Assembly (NCBI GenBank): GCA_036677065.1
Contig: JAKFBS010000001.1
Coordinates: 576,001-640,000 of the forward strand
Direction: 5' to 3'
Length of the DNA stretch: 64,000 nucleotides
Source: Bdellovibrio sp.
GTDB lineage: Bacteria > Bdellovibrionota > Bdellovibrionia > Bdellovibrionales > Bdellovibrionaceae
Numbering within the stretch: the stretch's first letter is position 1; every line of letters begins with the position of its first letter. A program made the translations under genes and the position numbers. Below the pieces are notes generated by a model. The model saw only the letters and a program-made list of their open reading frames with translations, did no database searches and was not told the DNA's origin. Positions 19,685 to 30,185 of this stretch are shown here, piece by piece.

Positions 19685-20920
19685 TTATTTAACTTCTTGA
19701 ACTGAATTTTCGTCAAATGGCACGAAAGCCTGAGGTTTGTAGTTGTCTACCGGATCTTTACCACCGTTAGATTTGATGATACTTGCTAAGAAATTGCGGA
19801 TGCTTGTGTAATCTTTTGTTGAAGAGGTTGCGTGAAAGAAAACAACACCATCTTGAGTTAAAGCGGCACCGGCTAATGAAACCGATTGCGAGATTGTTCC
19901 GGTTTTTGCTAATACAGACTCATCTGTATTATTTGTAAGATAGATATTTGTTACTGTTGAGTTACCATCCGAGCGCGCATCTGCACCAGCTAACGGTAAG
20001 ACGTAACGTAAAGCTTTGCCTTGTTTTGCAGCCAGCTGAGTTAAACGTTTCATCACTTCTACAACCGTACGGCAGCTGGCAGAGTTATAAACTTTACGAC
20101 CATTAACATACTCTGGGTAACCAGAACCATTGTAGAAAGAAAATTCTTTTTCACCAGCGCCAACAACTTTTGTTAAGTAGGTGCTGAATTTCTCAGTACG
20201 TGATAAACGTTCGTAAACTTTGTCGGCCGCAAAATTGTGCGAGTTGCGGTTTAATTCTTTTAGAGTGCGGTGTAATTCAGAAGAGCGGATCATAAAAGTT
20301 GAAGTTGCATTCGCTGGGTTAAACACTTTCATAGATTGAGCGGCGATATTTTTAACAGAAAGACTAGCTGACTTAGGTAAAGTCATTTTAACTAAAGGCT
20401 GAGTTTTAGCTAAATACGCCGAGTAACGTGTTTTCAACCCTGTAACATCAGCGCGCAATTCGCGCATGATATCAGTTTCAGACTGTTCGCCGTTAGAGTG
20501 AACTAGGTCGCTTTTTGATCTTACGATAGACGCGTACTCAAAGTTTTCATCGTAAGTTAATTCGTTAATTTGTTTAATTCCACGTTTATTTAATTCACCG
20601 ATTAAAAAGTAGAACATCACGCGGTCAAAGTAAGGAAAAGCTGATCCACGCAAATGAACGTTGGCCGTGCCATCGTTTTGTTTTGTAATATAAACCTGAG
20701 TTGGATAGCGGTAATCTAAACCTAAACGCTCAGCGGCCCATAATGAAGTGAACACTTTAGATACTGAAGCGATCGGCATGCTAGTGTTGGCGTTGCTTGA
20801 ACCTTTAAGGCCGCCATTATAGCCTTCTTCTGAACAGCTAGTGATTAGGCGGGCTTGTGCAGTCGTTGTAGCTAAGATAACAAGACCTGCGATTAAAGTT
20901 TTAAGTACTGGCGCTTTCAT
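19685..20920 (-). CDS. Secreted PBP4/DacB-like D-Ala-D-Ala carboxy/endopeptidase (Bd0816/Bd3459-like)
   Basis: SxxK (SVSK), SxN (SHN), NGSG and KTGT; signal peptide ending AQA. Confidence 0.85.
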   Translation of the reverse strand: MKAPVLKTLIAGLVILATTTAQARLITSCSEEGYNGGLKGSSNANTSMPIASVSKVFTSLWAAERLGLDYRYPTQVYITKQNDGTANVHLRGSAFPYFDRVMFYFLIGELNKRGIKQINELTYDENFEYASIVRSKSDLVHSNGEQSETDIMRELRADVTGLKTRYSAYLAKTQPLVKMTLPKSASLSVKNIAAQSMKVFNPANATSTFMIRSSELHRTLKELNRNSHNFAADKVYERLSRTEKFSTYLTKVVGAGEKEFSFYNGSGYPEYVNGRKVYNSASCRTVVEVMKRLTQLAAKQGKALRYVLPLAGADARSDGNSTVTNIYLTNNTDESVLAKTGTISQSVSLAGAALTQDGVVFFHATSSTKDYTSIRNFLASIIKSNGGKDPVDNYKPQAFVPFDENSVQEVK

Positions 20921-21103
20921 AACGTCGTCCTTCCAAAAAGGGTTGGGCTTGGGCTTGGGGTTGGACGAAGAATAAATGAAAGAGTGTGGAACCGATAGAC
21001 GCAAACTTTGTCGCTACTTTTTTACTCGAAAGTAGTTACAAGTTCGACAATGTCGAACTTGTTTTCTCAGAGACAGTTTGTGTCACTTTTGACTATTGTT
21101 TTG

Positions 21104-21652
21104 CTATTTTTCGAGTGTGCGCCAGTTATAATTGTTTATAAGCTGGTTACACATATTTGCAGTCATCGAAAAGTAATCTGCTTTATCGATGCAACTGGCG
21201 ATCGTGATTTTTTCATCGGCGGCCAAAAAGATTTGGCGTGATTGGGTCAGTTTATTTTTTTGCATTAAATCGATAACCACGGCCGGAATATTATTAATTT
21301 TAATCGAACGGCTTGAAAGCACTTCAAAGCCATACTGGTTATAATCACGTAAATACTTTTTGGCATAAGACTCAAGATTTACTTTACCGCGGTAAGTTTC
21401 GGTTTTTAGGCTTAAGCGGGCTGATTCAGATAAAGTTTTAAAGCCCATGTCGATCTGTTGGTTGGCAGGTAGGCGGTTTTGCGATGGGTTTTCTAAAAAC
21501 ACCCATTCATCCGAGACTAATTTAAAAGAAAAACCCATTTGCGAAAAAGCGGTATTCCATTTCGGAGAATTCACAGCTGACGAACCCGTTGTCGGAAGTG
21601 GAGCCGCGTTTGCAAACATTGGAAGTAAGATAGCTAGGATGATTGATCTCAT
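21104..21652 (-). CDS. Hypothetical secreted protein
   Basis: Signal peptide; directly downstream of mutY. Confidence 0.7.
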   Translation of the reverse strand: MRSIILAILLPMFANAAPLPTTGSSAVNSPKWNTAFSQMGFSFKLVSDEWVFLENPSQNRLPANQQIDMGFKTLSESARLSLKTETYRGKVNLESYAKKYLRDYNQYGFEVLSSRSIKINNIPAVVIDLMQKNKLTQSRQIFLAADEKITIASCIDKADYFSMTANMCNQLINNYNWRTLEK

Positions 21653-21661
21653 AGAATAAGC

Positions 21662-22663
21662 TTACCTTGATTTTTCCATATGGCTTAAGATTTTTTTCAT
21701 TAAGCTTGTGGGATTCACTTTAGAGATATCTGAGCGCTTAGCCCAAAGTCCAGGTGCCTTAGCGGTGGTTTTACCTGTTTTAAGGGTAACAAAGATTTCG
21801 TACTTTGTTACCGCATGTTTAAAATGAAAGTCTTTGGGCTTTTTAGTCACAAGCTTTGCTTGTGATGGTGGAAGCATGAGTTTTTTTAGAAACGGGGTTT
21901 CTTCGTTTGTTTCTAAATAGATCTGTTCATTCTTTTCAGAAACGTTAAAGGTCCACTCCCAGATTTGAAACTTTTCTTTTTCTTTTTTGCGGGGAATAAG
22001 CTGGATAAGATCTTTTTTATTACTTACGCAGTCTTTTTTCCAGGGGCACATCATGCACATCACTTTTTTTGGTGTGCAAACGGTAGCGCCTAATTCCATG
22101 AGGCCCTGATTTACTTCAGAATTAAATTCAGTTTCCGCCATGATGTCAGCGATGTCTTGTAATTTTTGGCGCTCTTTGGTTTCCCACCAATTAGATTGGA
22201 TGCCGTACTTGCGACTTAACACCCGAATCACATTACCATCTAAGACACCAACTTTTTCACCGAAGGCAAGACTTGCGATGGCGCGTGAAGTGTAAGGCCC
22301 AAGCCCTGGGTATTCGATAAGTTCAGCCGCAGTTTTTGGAAAACCAGTTTCAGCGAACATGATTGCAGCTTTATGTAAGTTGCGGGCGCGCGAATAATAA
22401 CCAAGGCCTGCCCAGTATTCGTAAACATCTTCAATTGTGGCGTTAGCTAAATCTTTAACCGTCGGAAAACGGTTCATAAATTTTTCGTAAAAAGGAATCA
22501 CTGCAGTCACAGTTGTTTGTTGCAGCATGACTTCGGAAATCCAAATACGATAGGGGTCTTTTGACCCTCGCGAACCTGTTGGATTGCGCCACGGTAAAAC
22601 GCGTTTATTTTCGTTATACCAGGCGATCAGGCTATCGCGATCTTTTTCAAATTGCTTTGTCAT
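21662..22663 (-). CDS. mutY: A/G-specific adenine glycosylase
   Basis: WISEVMLQQT, WAGLGYYSRARNL, LDGNVIRV and Fe-S C-x6-C-x2-C-x5-C. Confidence 0.96.
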   Translation of the reverse strand: MTKQFEKDRDSLIAWYNENKRVLPWRNPTGSRGSKDPYRIWISEVMLQQTTVTAVIPFYEKFMNRFPTVKDLANATIEDVYEYWAGLGYYSRARNLHKAAIMFAETGFPKTAAELIEYPGLGPYTSRAIASLAFGEKVGVLDGNVIRVLSRKYGIQSNWWETKERQKLQDIADIMAETEFNSEVNQGLMELGATVCTPKKVMCMMCPWKKDCVSNKKDLIQLIPRKKEKEKFQIWEWTFNVSEKNEQIYLETNEETPFLKKLMLPPSQAKLVTKKPKDFHFKHAVTKYEIFVTLKTGKTTAKAPGLWAKRSDISKVNPTSLMKKILSHMEKSR

Positions 22664-22689
22664 ACCAAAGGTATATACGATATTCCTCT

Positions 22690-23709
22690 ATGGCAAAAGC
22701 ACAAAAACCGACGAAAAAATCAGCCGCAAAAACAACTACTAAAACTTCAGCAGCTGCGGCGCCTCAGCCAGCCGCGCCAAATCGCTACAAACCCCTAAGT
22801 GGGCGCGAATTTCCGCGCTTTTCAGCGATTAAAACGTTTTTTCGCTTACCGGTAGCGGATCTTAACGAAGATTTCGACATCGCTTTATTCGGAACGCCGT
22901 ACGACGGTGGTGTCAGTTACCGCCCTGGAGCACGATTTGCGCCGACGCTCGTTCGTGAGTGTTCAAGCTTAGGCCGTGGTTTTCACATGACTCGCGCGAT
23001 GAGTTTATTTGAAAAATTAAAATTCGCAGATATCGGTGACTGCCCAGTTGTGCCGATTGATCAAAAGCAAACGTATAAAAATATCGAAAAGTTTTCTGCA
23101 GATATTTTAAAGCACGGTAAAAAATTTATTTCTATCGGCGGGGATCATTCGACAACGCTTCCGCTGTTGCGTTCTATGCATAAAAAATATGGAAAATTAA
23201 ATTTTATCCATTTCGATGCGCATTTAGACACATACCCTGCAGCTTGGGGTTGTGAATACCATCACGGCGCTTTTGCCCGTCACGCAGTTGAAGAAGGCTT
23301 AGTTAATCCTAAGAACATGTTACAAATCGGCATTCGTGGGCCGTTAGCAGCGGTTGATGATTTAGATTTTATTAAAAAACATAAAATTAAAGTTTTAACT
23401 GTGGATGATATTAAGCAAAAGCCATTGGCTGAAGTTTTAAAATCATTACCGAAATTCACAGGGCCTACGTACATCAGTTTTGATATTGATTGTTTAGATC
23501 CTGCCTATGCTCCGGGAACTGGAACTCCAGTGCCAGGTGGTTTAACGACGTATGAAACTCAACAAATCTTACGTGCTTTAAAAATTGATAACTTAGTGGG
23601 CGCAGATATTGTTGAAGTGTCACCGCCATTTGATAGTTCACAGATCACGGGCCTTGCGGCTGTGGATACGATGTTTGAATTAATGTGCTTAATGGGCGGA
23701 GGCCGCTAA
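22690..23709 (+). CDS. speB: Agmatinase (ureohydrolase family)
   Basis: GGDHS, DAHLD, DIDCLDPAYAPGTGTP and EVSP. Confidence 0.9.
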   Translation: MAKAQKPTKKSAAKTTTKTSAAAAPQPAAPNRYKPLSGREFPRFSAIKTFFRLPVADLNEDFDIALFGTPYDGGVSYRPGARFAPTLVRECSSLGRGFHMTRAMSLFEKLKFADIGDCPVVPIDQKQTYKNIEKFSADILKHGKKFISIGGDHSTTLPLLRSMHKKYGKLNFIHFDAHLDTYPAAWGCEYHHGAFARHAVEEGLVNPKNMLQIGIRGPLAAVDDLDFIKKHKIKVLTVDDIKQKPLAEVLKSLPKFTGPTYISFDIDCLDPAYAPGTGTPVPGGLTTYETQQILRALKIDNLVGADIVEVSPPFDSSQITGLAAVDTMFELMCLMGGGR

Positions 23710-24194
23710 TGGGACGTGAGATTGCTGTGATCGCTGCCGGATGTTTCTGGGGAGTTGAAGAATTATTACGTGAATTAGACGGCGTCATCGACACTGAAGT
23801 TGGTTATTGCAATGGTGATGGTGAAAATCCAGTTTATAATTTGGTGAAAACCGGAACTACAGGCCATGCAGAAGCTGTGAAGATCACTTTTGATCCAGAT
23901 AAAATTTCGTACGCTGATTTAATTCGTAAGTTTTATAAATTACATGATCCAACGACGAAGAACCAACAGGGTAATGACGTCGGTACACAATACCGCTCAG
24001 CAATTTTTTACGTATCTGAAGCGCAAAAAGCGACGGCTGAAGAAGTGACTAAAGAAGTCGAAGCCAGCGGCGTTTGGAAAAAACCAATCGTGACTGAAAT
24101 CGTGTTATTAAAAAAATTCTGGAGTGCAGAAGATTACCATCAGGATTATTTGCAAAAAAATCCAGACGGATACATGTGCCACTTCTGGCGCTAA
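23709..24194 (+). CDS. msrA: Peptide methionine sulfoxide reductase A
   Basis: GCFWG, GHAE, GTQYRS and AEDYHQDY; TAATG coupling to speB. Confidence 0.96.
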   Translation: MGREIAVIAAGCFWGVEELLRELDGVIDTEVGYCNGDGENPVYNLVKTGTTGHAEAVKITFDPDKISYADLIRKFYKLHDPTTKNQQGNDVGTQYRSAIFYVSEAQKATAEEVTKEVEASGVWKKPIVTEIVLLKKFWSAEDYHQDYLQKNPDGYMCHFWR

Positions 24195-24199
24195 TTTCA

Positions 24200-24243
24200 C
24201 GCTCAGGGTTTTAGCTAGCAAATGCTAGCTGAACTCCCGAGCG
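24200..24243. terminator. Long imperfect hairpin between convergent msrA and ubiB
   Basis: cgctcagggttttagctagca-aa-tgctagctgaactcccgagcg. Confidence 0.6.
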
Positions 24244-24301
24244 ATTTTAATGCGTCATAAAAGTGGATAGACCTAACAGCTTTTGCATTTTTTAGACCTG
24301 A

Positions 24302-26032
24302 TTATTCTCGTAAAAGATAATTGAAAAAAGCAACGATCCCTAATACGCCTGCAGCGATGTAGCCGATCACGCTAAATGCCGGCATATCAGCGATCAACCA
24401 CATTCCCGGAATACTTCCAGACATAGCGTAGATCATCGAGCTAGCCAGAATTAACGACGCGATAATCACACCTAAAAATAATAAGTGAAATGAATTTGAA
24501 ATCGTTTTTTGTAAATAGGGTAAGCCATCGATTTGGATTTTCGTGTGATAATCCGGCGAATTCATTTTTCTCATGATTAAATTAAGCTGTCTTGGTAGCG
24601 CGCTTAAAAAAGTTTTTGATTCGCGAAACAGAAGACTTGCTTCATTGGCCATTTTCACAGGTTGAAAGAAGCTTTGGGCCACTTCGCCCACTTGTGAAAG
24701 TGTAAAGGCTAAGAAATCAAAGTCTTTAGAAATTTTAGATCCTAAACCTTCAATTGAAATAATAGATTTAAAAAATAACATCATTTCAGTCGGTACAACT
24801 AACCCCTGAGAAGCGGCGATGCCTGCTGAAGCCATTAAGATCTTACCTGCATTTACATTCTTAAGCGTTAGTCCGTAATAAGGTGCAATAACTGCCTGTA
24901 GATCTTTAGCAAATAGATCGACGTTCACATTTTCAGAGAATGGCGCAAGATCGACATATTCATAAGCTAAGCGCGTATAGTCTTCTTTTGAAAGAGCTAA
25001 GAGCATATTTACAATTGCTGACTGGGTTTTTGAATTTAAACGGCCAACAACGCCGAAATCGATCAAACCGATTTTATCATCAGGCATGATAAAGAAGTTT
25101 CCGGCGTGCAGATCACCGTGAAAGAACCCATCGATAAAAACCATCTTTAAATAAGCTTTTAAACCCTTTTTGATCACATCATCAGGATTAATGCCTAAGG
25201 CTTGCAGAGATTCAACTTTACTTAAGGGTTTACCTTTAAGTTCTTCCATCACTAACACACGCTCGGTGGTCATCTCGAAATAAACTTTCGGAATCACCAT
25301 GGTTGGGTCATCTTTAAAGTTTTCTTTGATGCGGCGAATGTTATTGGCTTCAACCACGAAGTTGGTTTCAAGCTCTAAAGTTTTAAAATATTCATCCACC
25401 ATCGCCACAGGATTAAAAGAACGGGTTTCAGGAATATATTTTTCTAAAAGCTCAGCAATAAAATAAAGAACATTTAAATCGTCATTAATTTTTTGCACAA
25501 TGCCAGGGCGTTGGATCTTTAAGACGACGTGATCGCCGTTAATCATTGTGGCTTTGTGAACTTGCGCGATACTAGCTGCGCCAATTGGTTTTTCGTCGAC
25601 AGATTGGAATTTAGTTTTCCAGTGCGCACCGAATTCTTCAACTAATACGCTTTCGATGGTTTTAAAATCTAATTCTTGCACTTGATCATGCAATAAAGAC
25701 ATCTCTTGAATGTAATCATCAGGAACCAAATCAGGACGTGTTGCTAAAAGCTGGCCGAATTTAACAAAAGTAGGCCCTAATTCTTCAAAACTTAAACGTA
25801 AACGTTGTGGAATCGTCAGAAGTTCTTTTTCTTCTGACGATTTGTTGTTTGATGAAAGGAAACTATCTAGATTTAGCTTTTCTACCAGATTTCGTAGGCC
25901 GTGCTTTGCGAACACCCCGAGAATCGTCCGAAGACGAGTCACGTTTTTTAGAGTCTTGCCTATTTGAAGAGAACTTATCGCCAGACTTTGCTTTGGCCGG
26001 TCCGTTCTTCTTGTGTGATGAGTGGTTGTCAT
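24302..26032 (-). CDS. ubiB: UbiB/ABC1-family atypical kinase (start uncertain)
   Basis: LGPTFVKFGQ, AASIAQVH, KIQRPG, HGDLHAGN, DFG; C-terminal TM helices. Confidence 0.88.
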   Translation of the reverse strand: MTTTHHTRRTDRPKQSLAISSLQIGKTLKNVTRLRTILGVFAKHGLRNLVEKLNLDSFLSSNNKSSEEKELLTIPQRLRLSFEELGPTFVKFGQLLATRPDLVPDDYIQEMSLLHDQVQELDFKTIESVLVEEFGAHWKTKFQSVDEKPIGAASIAQVHKATMINGDHVVLKIQRPGIVQKINDDLNVLYFIAELLEKYIPETRSFNPVAMVDEYFKTLELETNFVVEANNIRRIKENFKDDPTMVIPKVYFEMTTERVLVMEELKGKPLSKVESLQALGINPDDVIKKGLKAYLKMVFIDGFFHGDLHAGNFFIMPDDKIGLIDFGVVGRLNSKTQSAIVNMLLALSKEDYTRLAYEYVDLAPFSENVNVDLFAKDLQAVIAPYYGLTLKNVNAGKILMASAGIAASQGLVVPTEMMLFFKSIISIEGLGSKISKDFDFLAFTLSQVGEVAQSFFQPVKMANEASLLFRESKTFLSALPRQLNLIMRKMNSPDYHTKIQIDGLPYLQKTISNSFHLLFLGVIIASLILASSMIYAMSGSIPGMWLIADMPAFSVIGYIAAGVLGIVAFFNYLLRE

Positions 26033-28406
26033 CTTTGTTGCTTCCTTTTTTTGCCATTTGATCTAGGTAATCAGATAAATTTGCATATCTTGGGCGAATA
26101 ACTTGTTGGCCACCTGGTGTAGCTGGTTTTTCACCACGCTCATCAGCCGGAGCTGATGGTTTAAAGCGGGCTTCATGTTTTTGAATCGCCTGCATTTTTT
26201 GAGACTTCGCCGGTTGGTTGCCAGAGCTTCGCCCTGGCCTGAAATCATCGCCACGTTTTCCTGAAGCAGGTTTTTCTTTTTGAAAGCTTGGAAATTTCTT
26301 GTCTGCTTTAGCAAAACGATCGCCGCCTTTTTCAGGACGAGCAGATCTGTCAGGTCTGTCTGACTTTTCAGAGCGGTCATTGCGTCCGCCTCTATGGCCA
26401 GATTTTTTAAAGTCATCTTTACCGCGGGCATATTTAGAATTATTTTTTCTGCCCGTAGCTTTAGATTCGGTAGCGCCTTCTAAAAGAAAGTTAACTTGGC
26501 CACTTTCGATATCTGTAGAACTTACAGTAACACGTACGCGATCACCTAAGTTGTAACTGGCGCCTGAGCGCTTGGCGACAAGGCGAAGGTTTTCTTCGTC
26601 AAATTCCCAGTTGTCGCCGCCAAGATCATCAAGACGAATTAAACCATCAATATTATATTCGCGAAGTAAAACGAATACGCCAAACTTAGTGACTGAACTG
26701 ATCATGCCATCAAAAGTTTGTCCGACTAAACGTTTCATAAAGCGGGCTTTTTTGATTGCTTGAATCTGGCGTTCAGCTTTTGCCGAACGTTGTTCGCAGG
26801 CAGATAGCCAAGTTCCGGCAGTTTGAATATCTTCATCGGCCATTAAACGATATCCACCCGGAGCACCGATAATGTTTTTCAATAAACGATGAACAATTAA
26901 ATCCGGATAACGGCGAATCGGTGAAGTAAAGTGAGTGTAGAAATCAAAACCTAAACCGAAGTGACCAATATTTTCTAAAGTGTAACGGGCTTGGCTCATC
27001 GAGCGCAGAGTTAACATATGAATCACTTGGGCTTGCGCTTCGTTGGTAAACTCATGCAAAGCTTTCGTTAATTTTTTTTGTAAACGATCGCCTGATAAAT
27101 GAGTTTGCGCGCCGAAACTGTTCATGAACTTTTCAAGCATTGCAATTTTTAATGGATCGGGTGGCTCATGCGTTCTAAAGATCGCCGGAATATCTTTTTT
27201 GCCAAATTCTTTTGCGACAGCCACATTAGCCGCTAACATCATTTCTTCAATCAAACGATGTGCAAATAAACGTTCTGATTTAATGACATCAACTGGTTCG
27301 CCCGTGCCATCAATAACTAATTCAGTTTCAGGCACTTCTAAATCAAGTGAACCTTCTTTAAAACGTTTGGCCATTAAAACTTTAGCTAAATCTGCACAGC
27401 GCATGATGTTTTCTTTAACGTGCGCAAACTTTTTATGAGTTTCACTGTCGCCTTCAGGGTTATCGACAATTTCTTGCGCCTGACCGTAAGTCACACGTGC
27501 TTTACTTTCAATGACGCCTTCATAGAATGAAGACTCTGTCATCACACCGGTAAAATCAAAGTGCATGTCGGCGACAAGAGCTAGGCGGGGAACATGAGGG
27601 TTTAGCGAACATAATCCATTTGATAAAGCTTCTGGTAACATCGGAATCACGAAATTCGGAAAATAACATGAAGTTCCGCGTTCGTAAGCATCTTTATCCA
27701 TAGAAGTGCCAGGTTTTACATAGTGACTGACATCGGCGATGGCTACGATTAAATGAAAACCACGCCCATCCATATCCACATGAACAGCATCATCGAAATC
27801 TTTCGCGGTAGCTCCATCTATAGTAATGATATTGATATTGCGAATATCTTTGCGGCCTTTGAAATCTTCTTCAGTTGGATTAGTCGAATATTTTTTGGCT
27901 TCTTCTAAAGTAGCAGGAGAAAACTCTTCAGGAATGTTTTGTGCTATCACAACACGTTTAATATCGTTTAAGGCATCTTCGATATCGCCGATGATTTCAA
28001 CAACTTCACCCATGAATTCGCCTTTATCAGGATATTCAGTGATGCGGGCTACAACTAATTCGCCCTTTTTAGCTTTTAAAGACTTATCTAGGGGTATTTT
28101 TAGATCTTTTCCCCAGCCTTTGCCTTCATCTTTAATCATTCCGAAACGTTCGTTCCAGATTGTAAACGCTCCAGCGATTTTTTTCTGAGAGCGATCATTG
28201 ATATTCATGATTTCGCCACGAAACCTGCCATCACGTTCTTTTTCAGCCGTGATTGAGACTTTATCGTTGGTCATTGCGGTTTTCATAGCTTGGGCAGGGA
28301 TAAAAACATCGGGATGTTCTACATCTTCTGGAATAAAGAAGCCAAAGCCGTCGGGGTGTCGTTTGATTGTACCGTGCAGAAGACGGGGAACACTTTTGTT
28401 TTTCAT
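25863..28406 (-). CDS. rnr: Ribonuclease R
   Basis: GFGF cold-shock domain, TIDGATAKDFDDA, HFTSPIRRYPDL, S1 domain and basic tail. Confidence 0.95.
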   Translation of the reverse strand: MKNKSVPRLLHGTIKRHPDGFGFFIPEDVEHPDVFIPAQAMKTAMTNDKVSITAEKERDGRFRGEIMNINDRSQKKIAGAFTIWNERFGMIKDEGKGWGKDLKIPLDKSLKAKKGELVVARITEYPDKGEFMGEVVEIIGDIEDALNDIKRVVIAQNIPEEFSPATLEEAKKYSTNPTEEDFKGRKDIRNINIITIDGATAKDFDDAVHVDMDGRGFHLIVAIADVSHYVKPGTSMDKDAYERGTSCYFPNFVIPMLPEALSNGLCSLNPHVPRLALVADMHFDFTGVMTESSFYEGVIESKARVTYGQAQEIVDNPEGDSETHKKFAHVKENIMRCADLAKVLMAKRFKEGSLDLEVPETELVIDGTGEPVDVIKSERLFAHRLIEEMMLAANVAVAKEFGKKDIPAIFRTHEPPDPLKIAMLEKFMNSFGAQTHLSGDRLQKKLTKALHEFTNEAQAQVIHMLTLRSMSQARYTLENIGHFGLGFDFYTHFTSPIRRYPDLIVHRLLKNIIGAPGGYRLMADEDIQTAGTWLSACEQRSAKAERQIQAIKKARFMKRLVGQTFDGMISSVTKFGVFVLLREYNIDGLIRLDDLGGDNWEFDEENLRLVAKRSGASYNLGDRVRVTVSSTDIESGQVNFLLEGATESKATGRKNNSKYARGKDDFKKSGHRGGRNDRSEKSDRPDRSARPEKGGDRFAKADKKFPSFQKEKPASGKRGDDFRPGRSSGNQPAKSQKMQAIQKHEARFKPSAPADERGEKPATPGGQQVIRPRYANLSDYLDQMAKKGSNKDDNHSSHKKNGPAKAKSGDKFSSNRQDSKKRDSSSDDSRGVRKARPTKSGRKAKSR

Positions 28407-29011
28407 TATATTGTTAATACTCGCTTTCAGCTAAATAAAGTCTAGCGCCTATATATAGACAGCTCCAACAAAAAATCTGAACCATATATAGACGGGGCAA
28501 ATACGAAAAATGACGATAAATAAATATTTCTAGGGCGTAGAAAGCCCCGCACAATTCGGCGAGCACCGTGTAAAAGCCAAATTCAGAAAGAATTCCTAGA
28601 CCATTGTCGGGGAATTAACACGGCGCAATCGCCGCAGCACAAAAAAGTTGTATTGAAACATAATCATTGGTTCGCTACGTGAAAAAAATCGCCCGAATAA
28701 AGAGCAATTACTCTACAACAAAAATTATTGATTAAACAAGATTTTCAGAGACAAAAGTCTGTGTCTATTAGGAAAAAAACGAACAACAAAAACTAGGCAT
28801 TTTAGCAAAAAATATTTTTTGACCCACGGATTACAATTGATGCAACAAAACCACAAAGCGCGAGATTTTAAACACCTTTATCTACGCTAGACTTTGATCT
28901 CAAAACTTTTCCCGTTGCGCAGGACTTATGACCTTATTACCATCATCTTATAAGTTTAGAAAAAAATTAGCGTTTTATAACGAAACGATATTAACGAAAG
29001 GGACAACAACA

Positions 29012-30154
29012 ATGAAACAACTATTAGTAATTGCAATTGCTTTAGCTTCAACTAACGCATTCGCATCTCGCGCGAGAGTAAAATCTTTAGGAAACTCTGC
29101 ACACATCACTGACACTCAGTCTATCTTCTCTAACCCTGCGAAAATGTTCTTAATGGGCGATTTCGTTTCTTTAGAGTCTGGTAAAACAGATACTAACAAT
29201 GCTGCAGCTGCTGCAAATCCAAATGACAACGCAGAAGGTACATTAGTACGCTCTATGGGAGATGCTAAAGTAGGTTTAGCTTTAGGTCACAAATCTGAAA
29301 ACGCTTCTATGTTTGGTTTACGTTCTATGTTAGCTGCAACTGTTGCTGCTAATTCTAAGTTCGAGCAACAAAATCCAATCGAATTATCATACGGTATGAA
29401 ATCTGGCGATATGACTTGGGCAGCTACATTAGTTTACTCTAACTACAACGACAAAAAGAATGAAATCAAAGAAGATTCTGCTGGCGTTCGTTTAGGTTTA
29501 TTAATGGGTGCTTGGGATATCAATGTAGGTATCGGTCTATCTTCAAATGTTAAAGATAAATTAGCTAACGGTGGCGCTCCTGCTACTGGTGTTGACTTTA
29601 AAGGTACGGGTTCTTACCAAGTATTTGCTGGTTACAACATGGGAAGTCTTTACACATACGGTGATGTAACTATCGCTGGTGCGAAAATGGAAAGACAAGA
29701 TACTGGTGCTGAATTAGCTAACGTTGATGCAACTAGAATCTCTATCGGCGCTATTGAATCTATTAAAAAAGATGGCAACGAATTTTTCTACGGTGCTAAA
29801 TTAGCTAGCTTCACACAAAAAAATAAAACTGCTCCAGAAAATAAAGTTACAACATTAACTTTACCGGTAACAGTTGGTTTAGAAGCAGAAGCTACTTCTT
29901 GGATGACTTTACGTGGTTCATTAACACAAACAGTGTTAATCAATAACTCTAAAGATGAAACTACTCCAGCTGATCCATCTGATACTGAATTTGCTCCAGG
30001 CGCTAACAATACAGTAGCTGCTATCGGTGCAGGTTTAAAATTCAACAAAATCACTGTTGACGGTACTTTAGAAGGTTTAACTGGCGCAGCTCCTTCTCAA
30101 GATTTAAGCGGCGACACTTTATTAACAACTGTTGGTTTAACTTACATGTTCTAA
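29012..30154 (+). CDS. Major outer-membrane beta-barrel protein (Bd0427/PopA-like), paralog 1
   Basis: Signal ending AFA; ARV.SLGN.AH N-terminus; C-terminal LTYMF; strongly biased high-expression codons. Confidence 0.8.
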   Translation: MKQLLVIAIALASTNAFASRARVKSLGNSAHITDTQSIFSNPAKMFLMGDFVSLESGKTDTNNAAAAANPNDNAEGTLVRSMGDAKVGLALGHKSENASMFGLRSMLAATVAANSKFEQQNPIELSYGMKSGDMTWAATLVYSNYNDKKNEIKEDSAGVRLGLLMGAWDINVGIGLSSNVKDKLANGGAPATGVDFKGTGSYQVFAGYNMGSLYTYGDVTIAGAKMERQDTGAELANVDATRISIGAIESIKKDGNEFFYGAKLASFTQKNKTAPENKVTTLTLPVTVGLEAEATSWMTLRGSLTQTVLINNSKDETTPADPSDTEFAPGANNTVAAIGAGLKFNKITVDGTLEGLTGAAPSQDLSGDTLLTTVGLTYMF

Positions 30155-30185
30155 TTGAACATGTAATTTGAAGGGATATAAACAT

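Noticed and set aside
22561..22689. speB N-terminal extension overlapping mutY
   Set aside because: ATG 22690 removes the head-to-head overlap; the extension has no family features
26063..28434. Several shadow ORFs within rnr
   Set aside because: Antisense or alternative frames of a conserved gene with no recognisable features
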